42,341 nucleotides of DNA from Pseudomonadota bacterium (GTDB lineage Bacteria; Pseudomonadota; Gammaproteobacteria; Burkholderiales; Gallionellaceae). Position numbers and translations under genes: made by a program. Below are positions 18,189 through 28,113 of the stretch, in pieces (positions within the stretch are counted from its first letter, which is position 1; the number at the start of each line of letters is the position of its first letter). The notes below the pieces were generated by a model that had not been told where the DNA came from, ran no database searches, and saw nothing but the letters and a program-made list of their open reading frames with translations. The stretch spans positions 1 through 42,341 of the forward strand of contig JAJXTT010000001.1 of the NCBI GenBank assembly GCA_021783525.1. Direction: 5' to 3'.

Positions 18189-19357
18189 ACCGAGTGCTAT
18201 TGATTCATGCAGAAGGTAATACATTCAATAACCCGACATTAAAGTGTATTCTCGATCTTCTGCTGGAACATGGGGTGGCGGTTACGATACGTTATCCATC
18301 TTCCGTTACCCTAATGCCCCTGCTTCCGGGGATCACTTATCTTCCATTCGGTCGTTTCTGCCGAATCATCAAAAGCTTGTTCTTCAACCGCGTCTGTTCT
18401 GAGCGGCTGTCATGGCTTTCGGTCTGGATTGAGCGGATCTTTTTGTACAAGCAATACGATCTAGTGATCGGGGTCGACCGGCAGGGACTTATTGAGGCTG
18501 GCCTTCTTTTCAGGATGACAGGTACGCCATTTGTCTTCTTCTCCTTCGAAATTCTGTTCGAGAGTGAAACATCCGCTGCCTTCAAGTCGTTGGAACGTAC
18601 CTCGGCGCAATTTGCCCGGCAGTGGTTCGTTCAGGATGAGGTGCGGGCGATGCATCTGCAGCGGGAGAACGATCTTGATCCGGCTACCCGGACAATACTG
18701 CCGCTGGCTTCGTCTGGTCCCGGTGTTACCGGTAGTGGGCGACTGAGGGACCGACTAGGAGTGCCTTTCGAGAAGAAGGTCGCGATTGTGATGGGTAGTC
18801 TTTCAGCCTGGTCCATGACGCGGGAGATCATTTCAAGCGTTGTGACCTGGCCCGATGAGTGGGTGCTAGTAGTGCACGAGCGCTATGGGCAAACCACTAA
18901 CACGCTGGAAGCGCTTGGACTTGGCGTGGATGTGATCCCCGAGGGTAAGGTGTTTCTCAGCAGCCATGCAGCCTCAATGGTTGACGAAATGGGTGAGATT
19001 TTGGCGGGGATTTCGACAGGATTTGCCTTCTACCGGCCTGATTACAGCAGCATCTATACTGGGAGGAATCTTGAATATTTGGGGCTCGCGTCAGGAAAGA
19101 TTAGCACCTTCATGCGCTACGGTGTGCCGACGATAATGAACGAGATTGGACTCTATGCTGATCTGGCCAGAGAGCACGGTTTCGGTTTGGTTGCCAGGGA
19201 TGCCGCAGATATTGGTGCTTTGCTGCCATTGCTTGCGGATTCATCTTGGGGCGAAAAGGCTCGGGGGTTCTACGATGAGCATCTCGATTTCACAAACTAT
19301 CGGGACTTGGTCTGGGAAAAGTTTCATGTTGAAGAAATGAATAAGTGTGGCGCATAG
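18176..19357 (+). CDS. Divergent GT-B-type glycosyltransferase-like protein
   Basis: 393-aa ORF overlapping the upstream gene; LRDRLGVP..KKVAIVMGSL and ASGKISTFMRYGVPTI resemble a GT4 C-terminal domain. Function is tentative. Confidence 0.55.
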   Translation: MGALNRVLLIHAEGNTFNNPTLKCILDLLLEHGVAVTIRYPSSVTLMPLLPGITYLPFGRFCRIIKSLFFNRVCSERLSWLSVWIERIFLYKQYDLVIGVDRQGLIEAGLLFRMTGTPFVFFSFEILFESETSAAFKSLERTSAQFARQWFVQDEVRAMHLQRENDLDPATRTILPLASSGPGVTGSGRLRDRLGVPFEKKVAIVMGSLSAWSMTREIISSVVTWPDEWVLVVHERYGQTTNTLEALGLGVDVIPEGKVFLSSHAASMVDEMGEILAGISTGFAFYRPDYSSIYTGRNLEYLGLASGKISTFMRYGVPTIMNEIGLYADLAREHGFGLVARDAADIGALLPLLADSSWGEKARGFYDEHLDFTNYRDLVWEKFHVEEMNKCGA

Positions 19358-19696
19358 AGTCCCGGATATAAATTGGTCGGCTGCAATTGTCATGGTTCGC
19401 AACTGAACAGATGTTTGATCTGAGGCGAGATTTTTCTCGTGCGGTATTTCCAGCGGCGCAGATCAGCATGATCCGGACAGCACGGCCGCTTCCATCTGGC
19501 TAACGTGCTGACAGATTACGAATTAATCTTCCCGCCGAACTGGTTGATCTCTCCATCCAATGATCGGCGGATGAGCGCCCGGTGTCAATTAGATCGGGGG
19601 ACGATTCAAGGATGATCTAGCGGTGGCGGGGACGCGACGCCTGGTTCGTTGTGGGCTGAGCTCAGAAACTAACCCTGCGCGATATTATCTATTGGT

Positions 19697-20947
19697 TGAC
19701 CTTCCCCCTTCCAGCCATACCAACTTAAAGTGGGGAATCCGTCAAACCCTGGAGAATGACAGATATTAAGAAGAGCAGATACAGCGAAGAACAGATCATT
19801 GGCTTCTTGAAGCAGGCCGAGGCCGGCATGCCGATCAAGGAGCTGTGCCGCAAAGGTGGCTTCAGTGACGCCACCTTCTACAAATGGCGAGCCAAATACG
19901 GCGGCATGGAGGTGCCGGACGCCAGGCGACTGAAGGAGTTGGAGAGCGAGAACGCCAAGCTCAAGAAGCTGCTGGGCGAAGCCCATCTGGACATGCACGC
20001 CCTGAAGAGCGTGCTCGGCGTAAAGCGCTATCCCCACAGGCCAAACGGGAGGCGATCCGACAGATGATCGAGCGGTTCGATCTCTCCGAGCGCCACGCCT
20101 GTCGTCTTGTGGGGCTTTCCCGAGACAGTTATCGGAATCCCCCTGTGCCGGACGCCCATACCCAGGCGCTCTCCGCGGCGATTGTCGACATCGCCCAGGT
20201 GAGGCGGCGGTTTGGTTACCGTCGCATCCACGACCTCATCCGACCGTTGTTCCCTCCGGTTAACCACAAGCGAGTCTATCGCCTGTACAGCCTCGCCAGC
20301 CTGGCGGTGAGGAAGCGCAAGAAAGCGAAGCGACCGGCGAGCGACCGGGTGCCGCTGCAGATCGCGACCACGGTCAACGAGGTTTGGAGCATGGATTTTG
20401 TGAGCGACAGCCTGGCCAACGGCCGGCGTATCAAGTGCCTGACCGTGGCCGATGACTTCAGCCACGAGTGCGTGGACATCGCCACGGACTACGGAATCTC
20501 AGGTCAGTACGTCACGCGCATGCTGGATCGGGCGGCCGTGTTCCGCGGCTACCCCAAGGCGGTGCGCACCGACAACGGCCCTGAATTCACCAGCCGGGCT
20601 TTCATGGCGTGGGCGCAAGCGAATTGGATTCGGCACATTCTGATCGAGCCGGGGCGACCGATGCAGAACGGTTATATCGAGAGTTTCAATGGAAATTCCG
20701 GGACGAATGCCTGAACGAGCACTGGTTCGAGACCTTGGCCCAGGCCCGGCTCACCCTTGCAGCCTGGCGGCAGGACTACAACGAGGTCCGGCCGCACAGC
20801 AGTTGCCAACGGATGCCGCCTGCCCAATACGCTGCACTGCACCGCCGACAGGCCGGTGATGGAGCACACCCCATTAACGAGGAATTCCTTTAACCTTGCA
20901 ACCGGACTTCCTGCCAAATAGTTGGTATGGCTATAGGGGGCAGGTCA
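19697..20947 (+). mobile_element. IS3-family insertion sequence (IS407-group-like), 1251 bp, probably defective
   Basis: IRL TGACCTTCCCCCTTCCAGCCATACCAACT at 19697; reverse complement of IRR (ends 20947) TGACCTGCCCCCTATAGCCATACCAACT; TG...CA ends; orfA/orfB organisation. Confidence 0.92.
19756..20893 (+). pseudogene. IS3-family transposase OrfA/OrfB with an extra frameshift in OrfB
   Basis: OrfA 19756-20067 (KKSRYSEEQII..ATFYKWRAKYGGM, HTH). OrfB is in the -1 frame (WSMDF, TDNGPEF, IESFNG = DDE) and breaks at about 20693-20695; the conserved KFRDECLNEHWF..YNEVRPHS continues in another frame to 20893. Confidence 0.85.
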
Positions 20948-21019
20948 TTTTCACTAACAAGGTCTCATGATGCGATTCGAGATCGAAACATTGCCTCTGC
21001 AGGGCGACCGTGGACGAGC

Positions 21020-21850
21020 ATGAGAAATTCTTTTTGTGTGATGACACCCAATTACAATATGGGCAGTCTTCTGGCTGAAACAATCGAGTCAGTACTTGAA
21101 AACCTAAGAGATGGCGACACGTACTTTGTTATTGATGGGGGTTCAACCGATAACAGCGTTGAGGTTATTCGCGGATATGAGGATAGATTGACCGGATGGG
21201 TAAGCGAACCGGACCGCGGTTATGCAGATGCGCTGGTAAAGGGTTTTGCGCGCTGTAAAAACGATTACCAATGCTGGATCAATTCGGGGGATCTCCTCTT
21301 GAAGGGGGCCTTAGACGCCGCGCGAATGCAGCTTTCGAACTCTGGCGCCGACATGATCTTTGGTGATGATTTGTACATTGATGAGGCTGGTAAAGTCATC
21401 CGGGCGACGAATGGTCATGTCGAAGATCTAAAGAATTTCATGTTGTATGGCGGCTGGACGCCATTGCAGGACGCGTGTTATTGGCGAAGCGATTTGTACC
21501 TGAGGACCGGTGGAATTGACGCGGGTTTACGCTATGCAGCTGACTATGATTTCTTCCTCCGCGCAAGCCTGGTGGGAAAGTGTAAATATGTGCCCACCAC
21601 GTTTAGCGCATTTCGCCAACACAGGGGGCAAACCTCGATACGCGGCGTAAATTTTTATAAGCAGGAGCGTGAACACGCTCGTCGCAGTCAATTGCGAACC
21701 CATGGGGAAAGTGGCTTGTCCGGTCGCTTGATGGCCGCATATTATTGGTTGGCTACTCGATGGCGTGTGCGAATCCAAGGTGCGCAGCGCAATGCCCCGG
21801 CGCTTAAAGGTTTGTCCGCACGTGAAATAGCTAGCTATTCAAATAAGTAA
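21020..21850 (+). CDS. Glycosyltransferase family 2
   Basis: VMTPNYN, VIDGGSTDNS, WVSEPDRGYADA..KG, WINSGD, DYDFFLR. ATG 21020 chosen because the longer start lies inside the IS end. Confidence 0.88.
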   Translation: MRNSFCVMTPNYNMGSLLAETIESVLENLRDGDTYFVIDGGSTDNSVEVIRGYEDRLTGWVSEPDRGYADALVKGFARCKNDYQCWINSGDLLLKGALDAARMQLSNSGADMIFGDDLYIDEAGKVIRATNGHVEDLKNFMLYGGWTPLQDACYWRSDLYLRTGGIDAGLRYAADYDFFLRASLVGKCKYVPTTFSAFRQHRGQTSIRGVNFYKQEREHARRSQLRTHGESGLSGRLMAAYYWLATRWRVRIQGAQRNAPALKGLSAREIASYSNK

Positions 21851-21866
21851 ATAGGTATGGAGTTAC

Positions 21867-22613
21867 ATGAAATTTAAGCGATTTGTGCGGAACTGGATTT
21901 ATGCTTTTTTAAACCCGCACATGCCCTGGGCAATAGTTTATTTGCCGCGTTACATACGGCACTGGTTTCTTTATCAAAAGGCTTCAGGGAAAGCGCTGAC
22001 AAAGGCAGATAGCTTTCCGTGCTTGACTGACTGGGTGCCTCATACCCCGTTTGATGCGCACTACTTTTACCAGGCCGCCTGGCTTGCTAGGCAACTGGCC
22101 GATGCTCGGCCAGCAAAGCATGTGGATATCGGCTCGGATGTGCGCATGATCAACGTGCTGTCTGCTTTCGTGAAGACGGAATTCGTCGATTTCAGACCAT
22201 TGCCGGTTGTGCTTAGGGGACTTGAGTGCAAAGCAGGAAATATTACTTCGCTGGGCCATGAAAGCTCATCGATAGCGTCTCTCTCCTGCTTGCACGTGAT
22301 TGAGCATATCGGCTTGGGACGCTATGGCGATCCAATCGATCCTGCGGGTAGCGAAAAAGCGCTCAATGAATTGAAACGGGTGCTCGCTTCACGTGGCCGC
22401 CTTTATTTATCGCTACCTGTCGGGCGCGAGCGGGTTTGCTTCAATGCGCACCGCGTGTTCGACCCCAAAACAATCATCACTGCATTAAGTGGTTTTGATC
22501 TGCTGGAATTCAGTTTGGTGGACGATTCTGGCGCATATAAGGAATCTGTTTCTACTGACGCAGCACGTTATCTCGATTACGGTTGTGGGCTTTTCGTTTT
22601 TGAAAAGCCCTGA
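21867..22613 (+). CDS. DUF268-like / methyltransferase-fold protein
   Basis: HYFYQAAW.AR, HVDIGS, SLSCLHVIEHIGLGRYGDPIDP, FNAHRVF, recognised as the DUF268-type SAM-fold family common in glycan loci. Confidence 0.72.
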   Translation: MKFKRFVRNWIYAFLNPHMPWAIVYLPRYIRHWFLYQKASGKALTKADSFPCLTDWVPHTPFDAHYFYQAAWLARQLADARPAKHVDIGSDVRMINVLSAFVKTEFVDFRPLPVVLRGLECKAGNITSLGHESSSIASLSCLHVIEHIGLGRYGDPIDPAGSEKALNELKRVLASRGRLYLSLPVGRERVCFNAHRVFDPKTIITALSGFDLLEFSLVDDSGAYKESVSTDAARYLDYGCGLFVFEKP

Positions 22614-22630
22614 TATTGGATATCTAGTGC

Positions 22631-22661
22631 GAGGCGGCCATTGTGCCGCTCCGGATTTTTT
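22631..22661 (+). terminator. Weak possible intrinsic terminator
   Basis: GCGGC-cattgt-GCCGC stem with TTTTTT a few nt later, just after the 22613 stop and at the start of a 269-bp gap; short stem and an offset U-tract. Confidence 0.25.
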
Positions 22662-22882
22662 GTCACGGGGAAGGGGAATCGCTGGTAGTCATTCACGCCG
22701 CCCAAAGTGTGTATGCCTCGTGCCCAGAACGTACGTGGCGCGGTCCGGAACAATCGGTTTTCCAGTGGCCTGTTGGTCCAGGCGGTGACTTAATTGTCCG
22801 CTGTTGAACATCGGTATGACGAGCCGGCGAACTGCCGGGCCATTCATTGTTACCTAGCGGGGCCTTAGGCACATATCTCCTT

Positions 22883-24064
22883 ATGAAAATCTTGTGCGTT
22901 TTTGGCCGCCACAATTATGGCGACCCTGCCAGAGGTTTGAGCCCTGAATATGCCGCATTTGTCCCGACCCTGAAGCGGCTTGGGCATGAAGTGCACCACT
23001 TCGAGAGTTGGGGTCGACACGGCTATTCAGACCTGGCCGAGCTTAACGCATGCCTTCTCGCCGAGGTGGAGCGGCTTCGACCAGAAGTCATGCTTACTGT
23101 TCAGATGCATTACGAATTGTGGCTGGAAACGCTGGAAATAATCCGTGCACGCGGAGATGTGGCGACGATCTCCTGGACGACCGATGACTCCTGGAAATAC
23201 CGGGAAGTTTCGCGGTTTATTGGCAGTGCCTACAATGCGATGACAACAACTTACGATTACGTAATACCCAAATACCATGCGGATGGTATTCACGAGGTGC
23301 TGCTGACACAATGGGCAGCAAGCGCTGACTGTTTTGCCGAGCCGTTGCCGGCAAACAAATGTCGCTATCCCGTTACCTTTATCGGCTCCGCTCACGGCGA
23401 CCGCAGGGCACTGGTGGCTCAGCTTGCTGCGCATGGAATTGAGGTGACATGCTTCGGTTACGGTTGGCCAGCAGGGCCGCTGGCAAGTGAGGATGTGCCA
23501 GCAATAATGCGTGAGTCCGTAATCAGCCTTAACTTCGCTAATTCAAAGGGTGAAAACCAGATCAAGGCGCGGACATTCGAGGTAGCTGGCGCGGGGGGAT
23601 TTCTATTGACGAATCCCGCCCAGGGACTGGAGCGGTTTTATGCGCCAGGAAGCGAGATCGCCGTATATCAGGACTTTGACGACTTGGTAAGCAAGATTCG
23701 CTATTACCTCTCGCACCCCAATGAGCGCGATCGCGTAGCTCGAGCCGGCTATGCGCGTACGTTGCGAGACCATACCTACGAGCAACGCCTGGTTGAGGTG
23801 ATTGATTTCGCATTGGCAGCTAAAAATCGTGCCGGATCTATACAACCCGGCAGGTCATTTGACCAAGCGCTCAGGTCTCACAGAGTAACGCCTGCGCTGC
23901 GCATGCTACGAGTCATGCTCGTCGGGGCTGGCAAGATTTGTTTCGGACCGCAACGTGGTTCCCGCGCTGCCCGCAGGCTGCTTTTTGAGCTAAGTTGGCG
24001 TCTCGCGGGACGGCAGACCTTCACGGCTGCTGGTTGGCCTGGAAGGCTTTTCCCTTATGATTGA
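22883..24064 (+). CDS. CgeB-family / GT-B glycosyltransferase
   Basis: WTTDDSW, VTFIGSAHGDR, SVISLNF..QIKARTFEVAGAGGFLLT, IRYYLSHP.ER..ARAGY.R..RDHTYEQRL. Confidence 0.82.
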   Translation: MKILCVFGRHNYGDPARGLSPEYAAFVPTLKRLGHEVHHFESWGRHGYSDLAELNACLLAEVERLRPEVMLTVQMHYELWLETLEIIRARGDVATISWTTDDSWKYREVSRFIGSAYNAMTTTYDYVIPKYHADGIHEVLLTQWAASADCFAEPLPANKCRYPVTFIGSAHGDRRALVAQLAAHGIEVTCFGYGWPAGPLASEDVPAIMRESVISLNFANSKGENQIKARTFEVAGAGGFLLTNPAQGLERFYAPGSEIAVYQDFDDLVSKIRYYLSHPNERDRVARAGYARTLRDHTYEQRLVEVIDFALAAKNRAGSIQPGRSFDQALRSHRVTPALRMLRVMLVGAGKICFGPQRGSRAARRLLFELSWRLAGRQTFTAAGWPGRLFPYD

Positions 24065-24941
24065 AGCCCCTGTGCCACATCAAATCGCCTGTGACGCAAA
24101 TGCATCAATAAGCACAGTGAAGGTTCCGGTAAGCGTCGTCATCCCTTGTTATCGTTGCCGTGATTCGATAGACCGTGCCGTGGCCTCAATTGCGGCACAA
24201 ACGATGTTTCCCCATGAGGTCATTCTTGTAGAAGACGCGAGCCAAGACGATGGGGCAACCCTGGATGCGCTGCATCGTCTGGCTAAGGAATACGGTGATG
24301 TTTTGATAGTGGTCGTTATCGCGCTGTCGCAAAACAGCGGACCCGCAACCGCGCGAAACCGTGGCTGGGCAGCGGCCAGCCAGCCTTACATTGCCTTTCT
24401 GGATGCGGATGATGCATGGCATCCAAGAAAAATTGAGATGCAATATGGGTGGATGGAGGCACATCGCGAATATGCGCTCACGGGGCATGCGTATTCGATA
24501 CAAAACAGTGACGACACCAATTGGCCGGCGCTTGGTCGTCTGATGATGGTGCGGCCGGTGTCAAAGAATGGGGCCTTGTTTTCCAATCCATTCGCAACCA
24601 GAACGGTCATGCTCAAGCGTGATTTGCCATTTAGATTCAAGGAGGGAAAGCGATACGCGGAGGACTATTTGCTGTGGTTGCAGATACTTCAATCTGGCGT
24701 GCCGGCAGCATTTATGGATATGCCATTGGCTTCAACTTTCAAGGAGGACTACGGGTCAGCGGGCTTGAGCACACGACTCTGGAAAATGGAGGCCGGCGAA
24801 CTGGACAGTTATTGGGAACTCCATCGAAAGGGGACCATCGGGTTGCTGATGGTTTCCTGTCTCTCTGTCTATTCGATTGCGAAGTATGTGCGCCGTGTGG
24901 CCCTTGTGTTGCCGCGCCGGCTGATCGCGCGTTGCGCCTGA
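24057..24941 (+). CDS. Glycosyltransferase family 2
   Basis: VSVVIPCY, LVEDASQD, NSGPATARNRG, IAFLDADDAWHP.K, EDYLLWL. Confidence 0.9.
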   Translation: MIEAPVPHQIACDANASISTVKVPVSVVIPCYRCRDSIDRAVASIAAQTMFPHEVILVEDASQDDGATLDALHRLAKEYGDVLIVVVIALSQNSGPATARNRGWAAASQPYIAFLDADDAWHPRKIEMQYGWMEAHREYALTGHAYSIQNSDDTNWPALGRLMMVRPVSKNGALFSNPFATRTVMLKRDLPFRFKEGKRYAEDYLLWLQILQSGVPAAFMDMPLASTFKEDYGSAGLSTRLWKMEAGELDSYWELHRKGTIGLLMVSCLSVYSIAKYVRRVALVLPRRLIARCA

Positions 24942-24945
24942 GAGA

Positions 24946-26130
24946 ATGTCTATGGGGTGTTCAAAGGGCGACGAGCTGAATGGCGTACGGATCGCACGAG
25001 TTTCCACGGTTCCCTATTTCGTGGTTTCACAGCTTAAGGGCCAAATCGAATACCTATCGCGGATGGGGGCAAAAGTGGTCGTGGTCACCTCACCGGGGCC
25101 AGAGTTGAAGATGATTACTGCTGAAAATGTATCCGTGGAAACCGTCGAGATTCCGCGTTCGATTCAACCGCTTCGGGACCTGATGGCGCTGTTCCGGCTG
25201 TTCCGCTGCTTCCGGCGCTATCATTTCGCCATTGTTCACTCGACGACCCCCAAGGCGGGGCTGCTCTGCGCTGTCGCTGGAGTGCTCTCGCGAGTGCCCG
25301 TTCGCCTGCATACCTTTACCGGGCAGCCCTGGGTCAACCTCACGGGGCCTGTGCGCCAGTTCGCCAGATGGGCCGACTGGGTGATCGGCAGACTCAGCAC
25401 CGGATGCTATGCGGATAGCGAAAGCCAGCGTGAGTTTCTTGTTGCTGAAGGTGTGGTACCAGCATCGAAGATTGGCGTGATCGGAAAAGGTTCACTCGCA
25501 GGTGTGGATCTCCAGCGTTTCGATCCGGCCCGCTGGTCCGGAGGCGAAAAGTCCGCTTTGCGGCGCGAGCTTGGGCTGAGTGAATCAGGACGGACCATCC
25601 TTTTTGTGGGCCGCATAACCAATGACAAGGGGGTGGGGGAGTTGCTCAAGGCATTTGAGGCTCTGCTTCATCAGGATTACGACCTGGACCTCTTGCTGGT
25701 CGGACCTCTGGATGCAGAACTTGGTGGCAAGGCAGGGCTGGATGTCGAGGCGCTGGCCAAGCTGAGCCGGGTGCACCATGTAGGTTATACCGACTGCCCT
25801 GAGCGCTATATGGCGATTTCTGACTTCCTGTGTCTGCCCAGTTACCGCGAGGGGTTCGGCACGGTTGTGATCGAGGCGGCCGCGATGGGATTGCCGACGT
25901 TGGGAACGCGGATCTATGGCCTAAGTGATGCGGTCGAGGATGACGTAACTGGCTTACTTGTGCCGCCCAGGAATGTGGAGGCCCTGGCCGGGGCAATGAG
26001 AGCGATGCTTGATGACCAATCACGCTTGGCAAGGATGGGAAAGGCGGCGAGGGCGCGTTGTATCGAATATTTCGATGCGGCATATGTCAATTCGCTGCTG
26101 GTTGCAGAATATGTCCGCCAGTTGCCTTGA
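24946..26130 (+). CDS. Glycosyltransferase family 4
   Basis: IVHSTTPKAGLL, HTFTG, LFVGRITNDKG, LPSYREGFGTVVIEAAAMG (ExE motif). Confidence 0.9.
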   Translation: MSMGCSKGDELNGVRIARVSTVPYFVVSQLKGQIEYLSRMGAKVVVVTSPGPELKMITAENVSVETVEIPRSIQPLRDLMALFRLFRCFRRYHFAIVHSTTPKAGLLCAVAGVLSRVPVRLHTFTGQPWVNLTGPVRQFARWADWVIGRLSTGCYADSESQREFLVAEGVVPASKIGVIGKGSLAGVDLQRFDPARWSGGEKSALRRELGLSESGRTILFVGRITNDKGVGELLKAFEALLHQDYDLDLLLVGPLDAELGGKAGLDVEALAKLSRVHHVGYTDCPERYMAISDFLCLPSYREGFGTVVIEAAAMGLPTLGTRIYGLSDAVEDDVTGLLVPPRNVEALAGAMRAMLDDQSRLARMGKAARARCIEYFDAAYVNSLLVAEYVRQLP

Positions 26131-26221
26131 GTAATTCTTTGGCGCATCAGGGTAACAGGGGTCCCGAAGCGGGCGCGTCTGAATCTCAGTGCGCAGCCCG
26201 GGTTGCAGGATGATTTTATAA

Positions 26222-27148
26222 ATGAGAGTGCTGGTGACAGGTGCCACAGGTTTTGTCGGCCGCGCGCTGTGTGACCAATTGAAGGTCGCTGGCCACACGG
26301 TTATCCCCGCGCTGCGGCGAGGCTCCGGCTTGACGAATGAAGTGGTGACCGGAGATATGTGTTCTTCGACGGATTGGCGCATGGCGCTCGAAGGCTGCGA
26401 TGCGGTGGTGCATCTTGCAGCGCGTGTGCACATGATGCGGGAAAGCGCCCAAGATCCCCTCGTCTCGTACCGCGAGATCAACACTGAGGCCACCCTTAAT
26501 CTTGCACGTCAGGCAGCCCGCGCTGGGGTGAAGCGCTTCGTTTTTATCAGCACCATCAAGGTCAACGGTGAGGGGCGCGATGTGCCCTATCGTGAAACCG
26601 ATGCGCCAATGCCCGAGGATGCGTATGCGATTTCAAAGTGGGAAGCCGAGCAGGGCTTGCAGCGGATTGCGCAGCAAACCGGGCTGGAAGTTGTCATCCT
26701 GCGGCCGCCACTTGTGTACGGACCGGGAGTCAAGGCGAACTTCCTGCGCTTGCTGCGCACGGTCAAGCGCGGCTGGCCGCTGCCGCTGGGCGCGATTCGC
26801 AACCGCCGCAGCCTGCTGTACCTAGGGAATTTCGTCGATGCGATCCGGTTGTGTGTAGAGCGCCCGGCCGCTGCGGGACAGACCTTTTTGCTGGACGACG
26901 GTCAAGCGGTTTCCACCCCCGACCTGATCCGTGCGCTGGCGAGGGCCATCGGACGCCCGGCACGACTCGTAGCAGTGCCGGTGGGGATACTTGAATTTGC
27001 GGGGACGCTGTTGGGTAGGCGTGCGGCGGTGGCGAGGCTGACGAGTTCGCTTTATGTGGACAACTCGGCTATACGGTTGCGCTTGGACTGGACACCGCCG
27101 TTTTCAATGGAGGCAGGGTTGGCAGCGACCGTGGCTGCTTTGGCATGA
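26222..27148 (+). CDS. NAD-dependent epimerase/reductase (WbpK/WbpV-like)
   Basis: VTGATGFVG, VHLAARVH, STIKVNGE, YAISK, RPPLVYGPGVKANF; directly upstream of WbpL/WbpM-like genes. Confidence 0.85.
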   Translation: MRVLVTGATGFVGRALCDQLKVAGHTVIPALRRGSGLTNEVVTGDMCSSTDWRMALEGCDAVVHLAARVHMMRESAQDPLVSYREINTEATLNLARQAARAGVKRFVFISTIKVNGEGRDVPYRETDAPMPEDAYAISKWEAEQGLQRIAQQTGLEVVILRPPLVYGPGVKANFLRLLRTVKRGWPLPLGAIRNRRSLLYLGNFVDAIRLCVERPAAAGQTFLLDDGQAVSTPDLIRALARAIGRPARLVAVPVGILEFAGTLLGRRAAVARLTSSLYVDNSAIRLRLDWTPPFSMEAGLAATVAALA

Positions 27149-28113
27149 ACTGGCTGGTGCCTTTTTCTGCTTTTGCCATCTGCTGGCTGGTGTTGACCTG
27201 GTTGCTGCGCCGCGGTGGCTTGCCGATGGATCATCCAAACGAACGTTCGCTGCATGCGACGCCGACACCGCGCAGCGGGGGACTGGGCATCATGGCCGGG
27301 ATGAGTGTGGCCGCTGTGTGGCTGGCTGGTATCGATTTGTTTCAGGCGGCGCTGCCGATGGTATTGGCGGCATTCGTGTTGGCTGCGGTGTCGGTGTTGG
27401 ACGACGTGCGTGGGCTGCCGGTTGCGCTGCGTTTTCTCGCGCATTTCGTTGCGGCGACGGCGTGCCTGCTGGCACTGGGCCTGACCGGATGGGCTTTGCT
27501 GGTCGGCACGCTGGCGGTGGTGTGGATGACCAATCTCTACAATTTCATGGACGGCGCCGACGGGCTGGCGGGCGGCATGGCGGCAATCGGCTTCGGCGCG
27601 CTGGCGCTGGCTGCGTGGCGGGGTGATGCGCCCGAACTGGCCAGATTCTCCACAGCGATTGCGGCGGCGGCGCTGGCGTTTCTGCGCTTCAACTTTCCTC
27701 CGGCGCGGGTGTTCATGGGTGATTCGGGTTCGATTCCGCTGGGATTCCTGGCAGCGACGTTGGGCATCCTCGGATGGCGGCAGGGGGTGTGGCCCTGGTT
27801 GTTCCCGCTGCTGGTGTTCTCGCCTTTCATCGTCGATGCCAGCGTGACGCTGTCGCGGCGCGGCTTGCGCGGTGAAAAAATCTGGCAAGCGCACCGTTCG
27901 CATTATTATCAGCGCGTGGTGTTGCTGGGCGCATCGCATCGCCAGCTCGCTTTGGCCGCCTATGTGTTGATGCTGGCCACTGCTGCGCTGGCATTCACGC
28001 TGCTGCTTGTGCCGCAGCACACCGTGTGGCTGCTTATACTGTGGGCCGCAACCTATTCGCTGATTTTTATAGCCATCGACCGGCGCTGGCATCGACCCCG
28101 CAATGAACTTTAA
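27145..28113 (+). CDS. MraY/WecA-family polyprenyl-phosphate HexNAc-1-P transferase (WbpL-like initiating enzyme)
   Basis: DHPNERSLH..PTPRSGG, VLDD, NLYNFMDGADG, FMGDSGS, HRSHYYQR; polytopic membrane protein. Confidence 0.9.
   Translation: MNWLVPFSAFAICWLVLTWLLRRGGLPMDHPNERSLHATPTPRSGGLGIMAGMSVAAVWLAGIDLFQAALPMVLAAFVLAAVSVLDDVRGLPVALRFLAHFVAATACLLALGLTGWALLVGTLAVVWMTNLYNFMDGADGLAGGMAAIGFGALALAAWRGDAPELARFSTAIAAAALAFLRFNFPPARVFMGDSGSIPLGFLAATLGILGWRQGVWPWLFPLLVFSPFIVDASVTLSRRGLRGEKIWQAHRSHYYQRVVLLGASHRQLALAAYVLMLATAALAFTLLLVPQHTVWLLILWAATYSLIFIAIDRRWHRPRNEL

Noticed and set aside
19498-19680. Integron attC-like GCTAAC/CTAAC boxes in the gap before the IS
   Set aside because: No matching GTTRRRY partner with a convincing palindrome, and no integrase or cassette array.
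20927-21019. N-terminal extension of the GT2 ORF starting inside the IS right end
   Set aside because: GT2 homology begins at ATG 21020; the extension is a chance open frame across the IR.
22781-22792. ops/JUMPstart-like GGCGGTGACT in the 22614-22882 gap
   Set aside because: It differs from the GGCGGTAG core and lacks the rest of the JUMPstart sequence.
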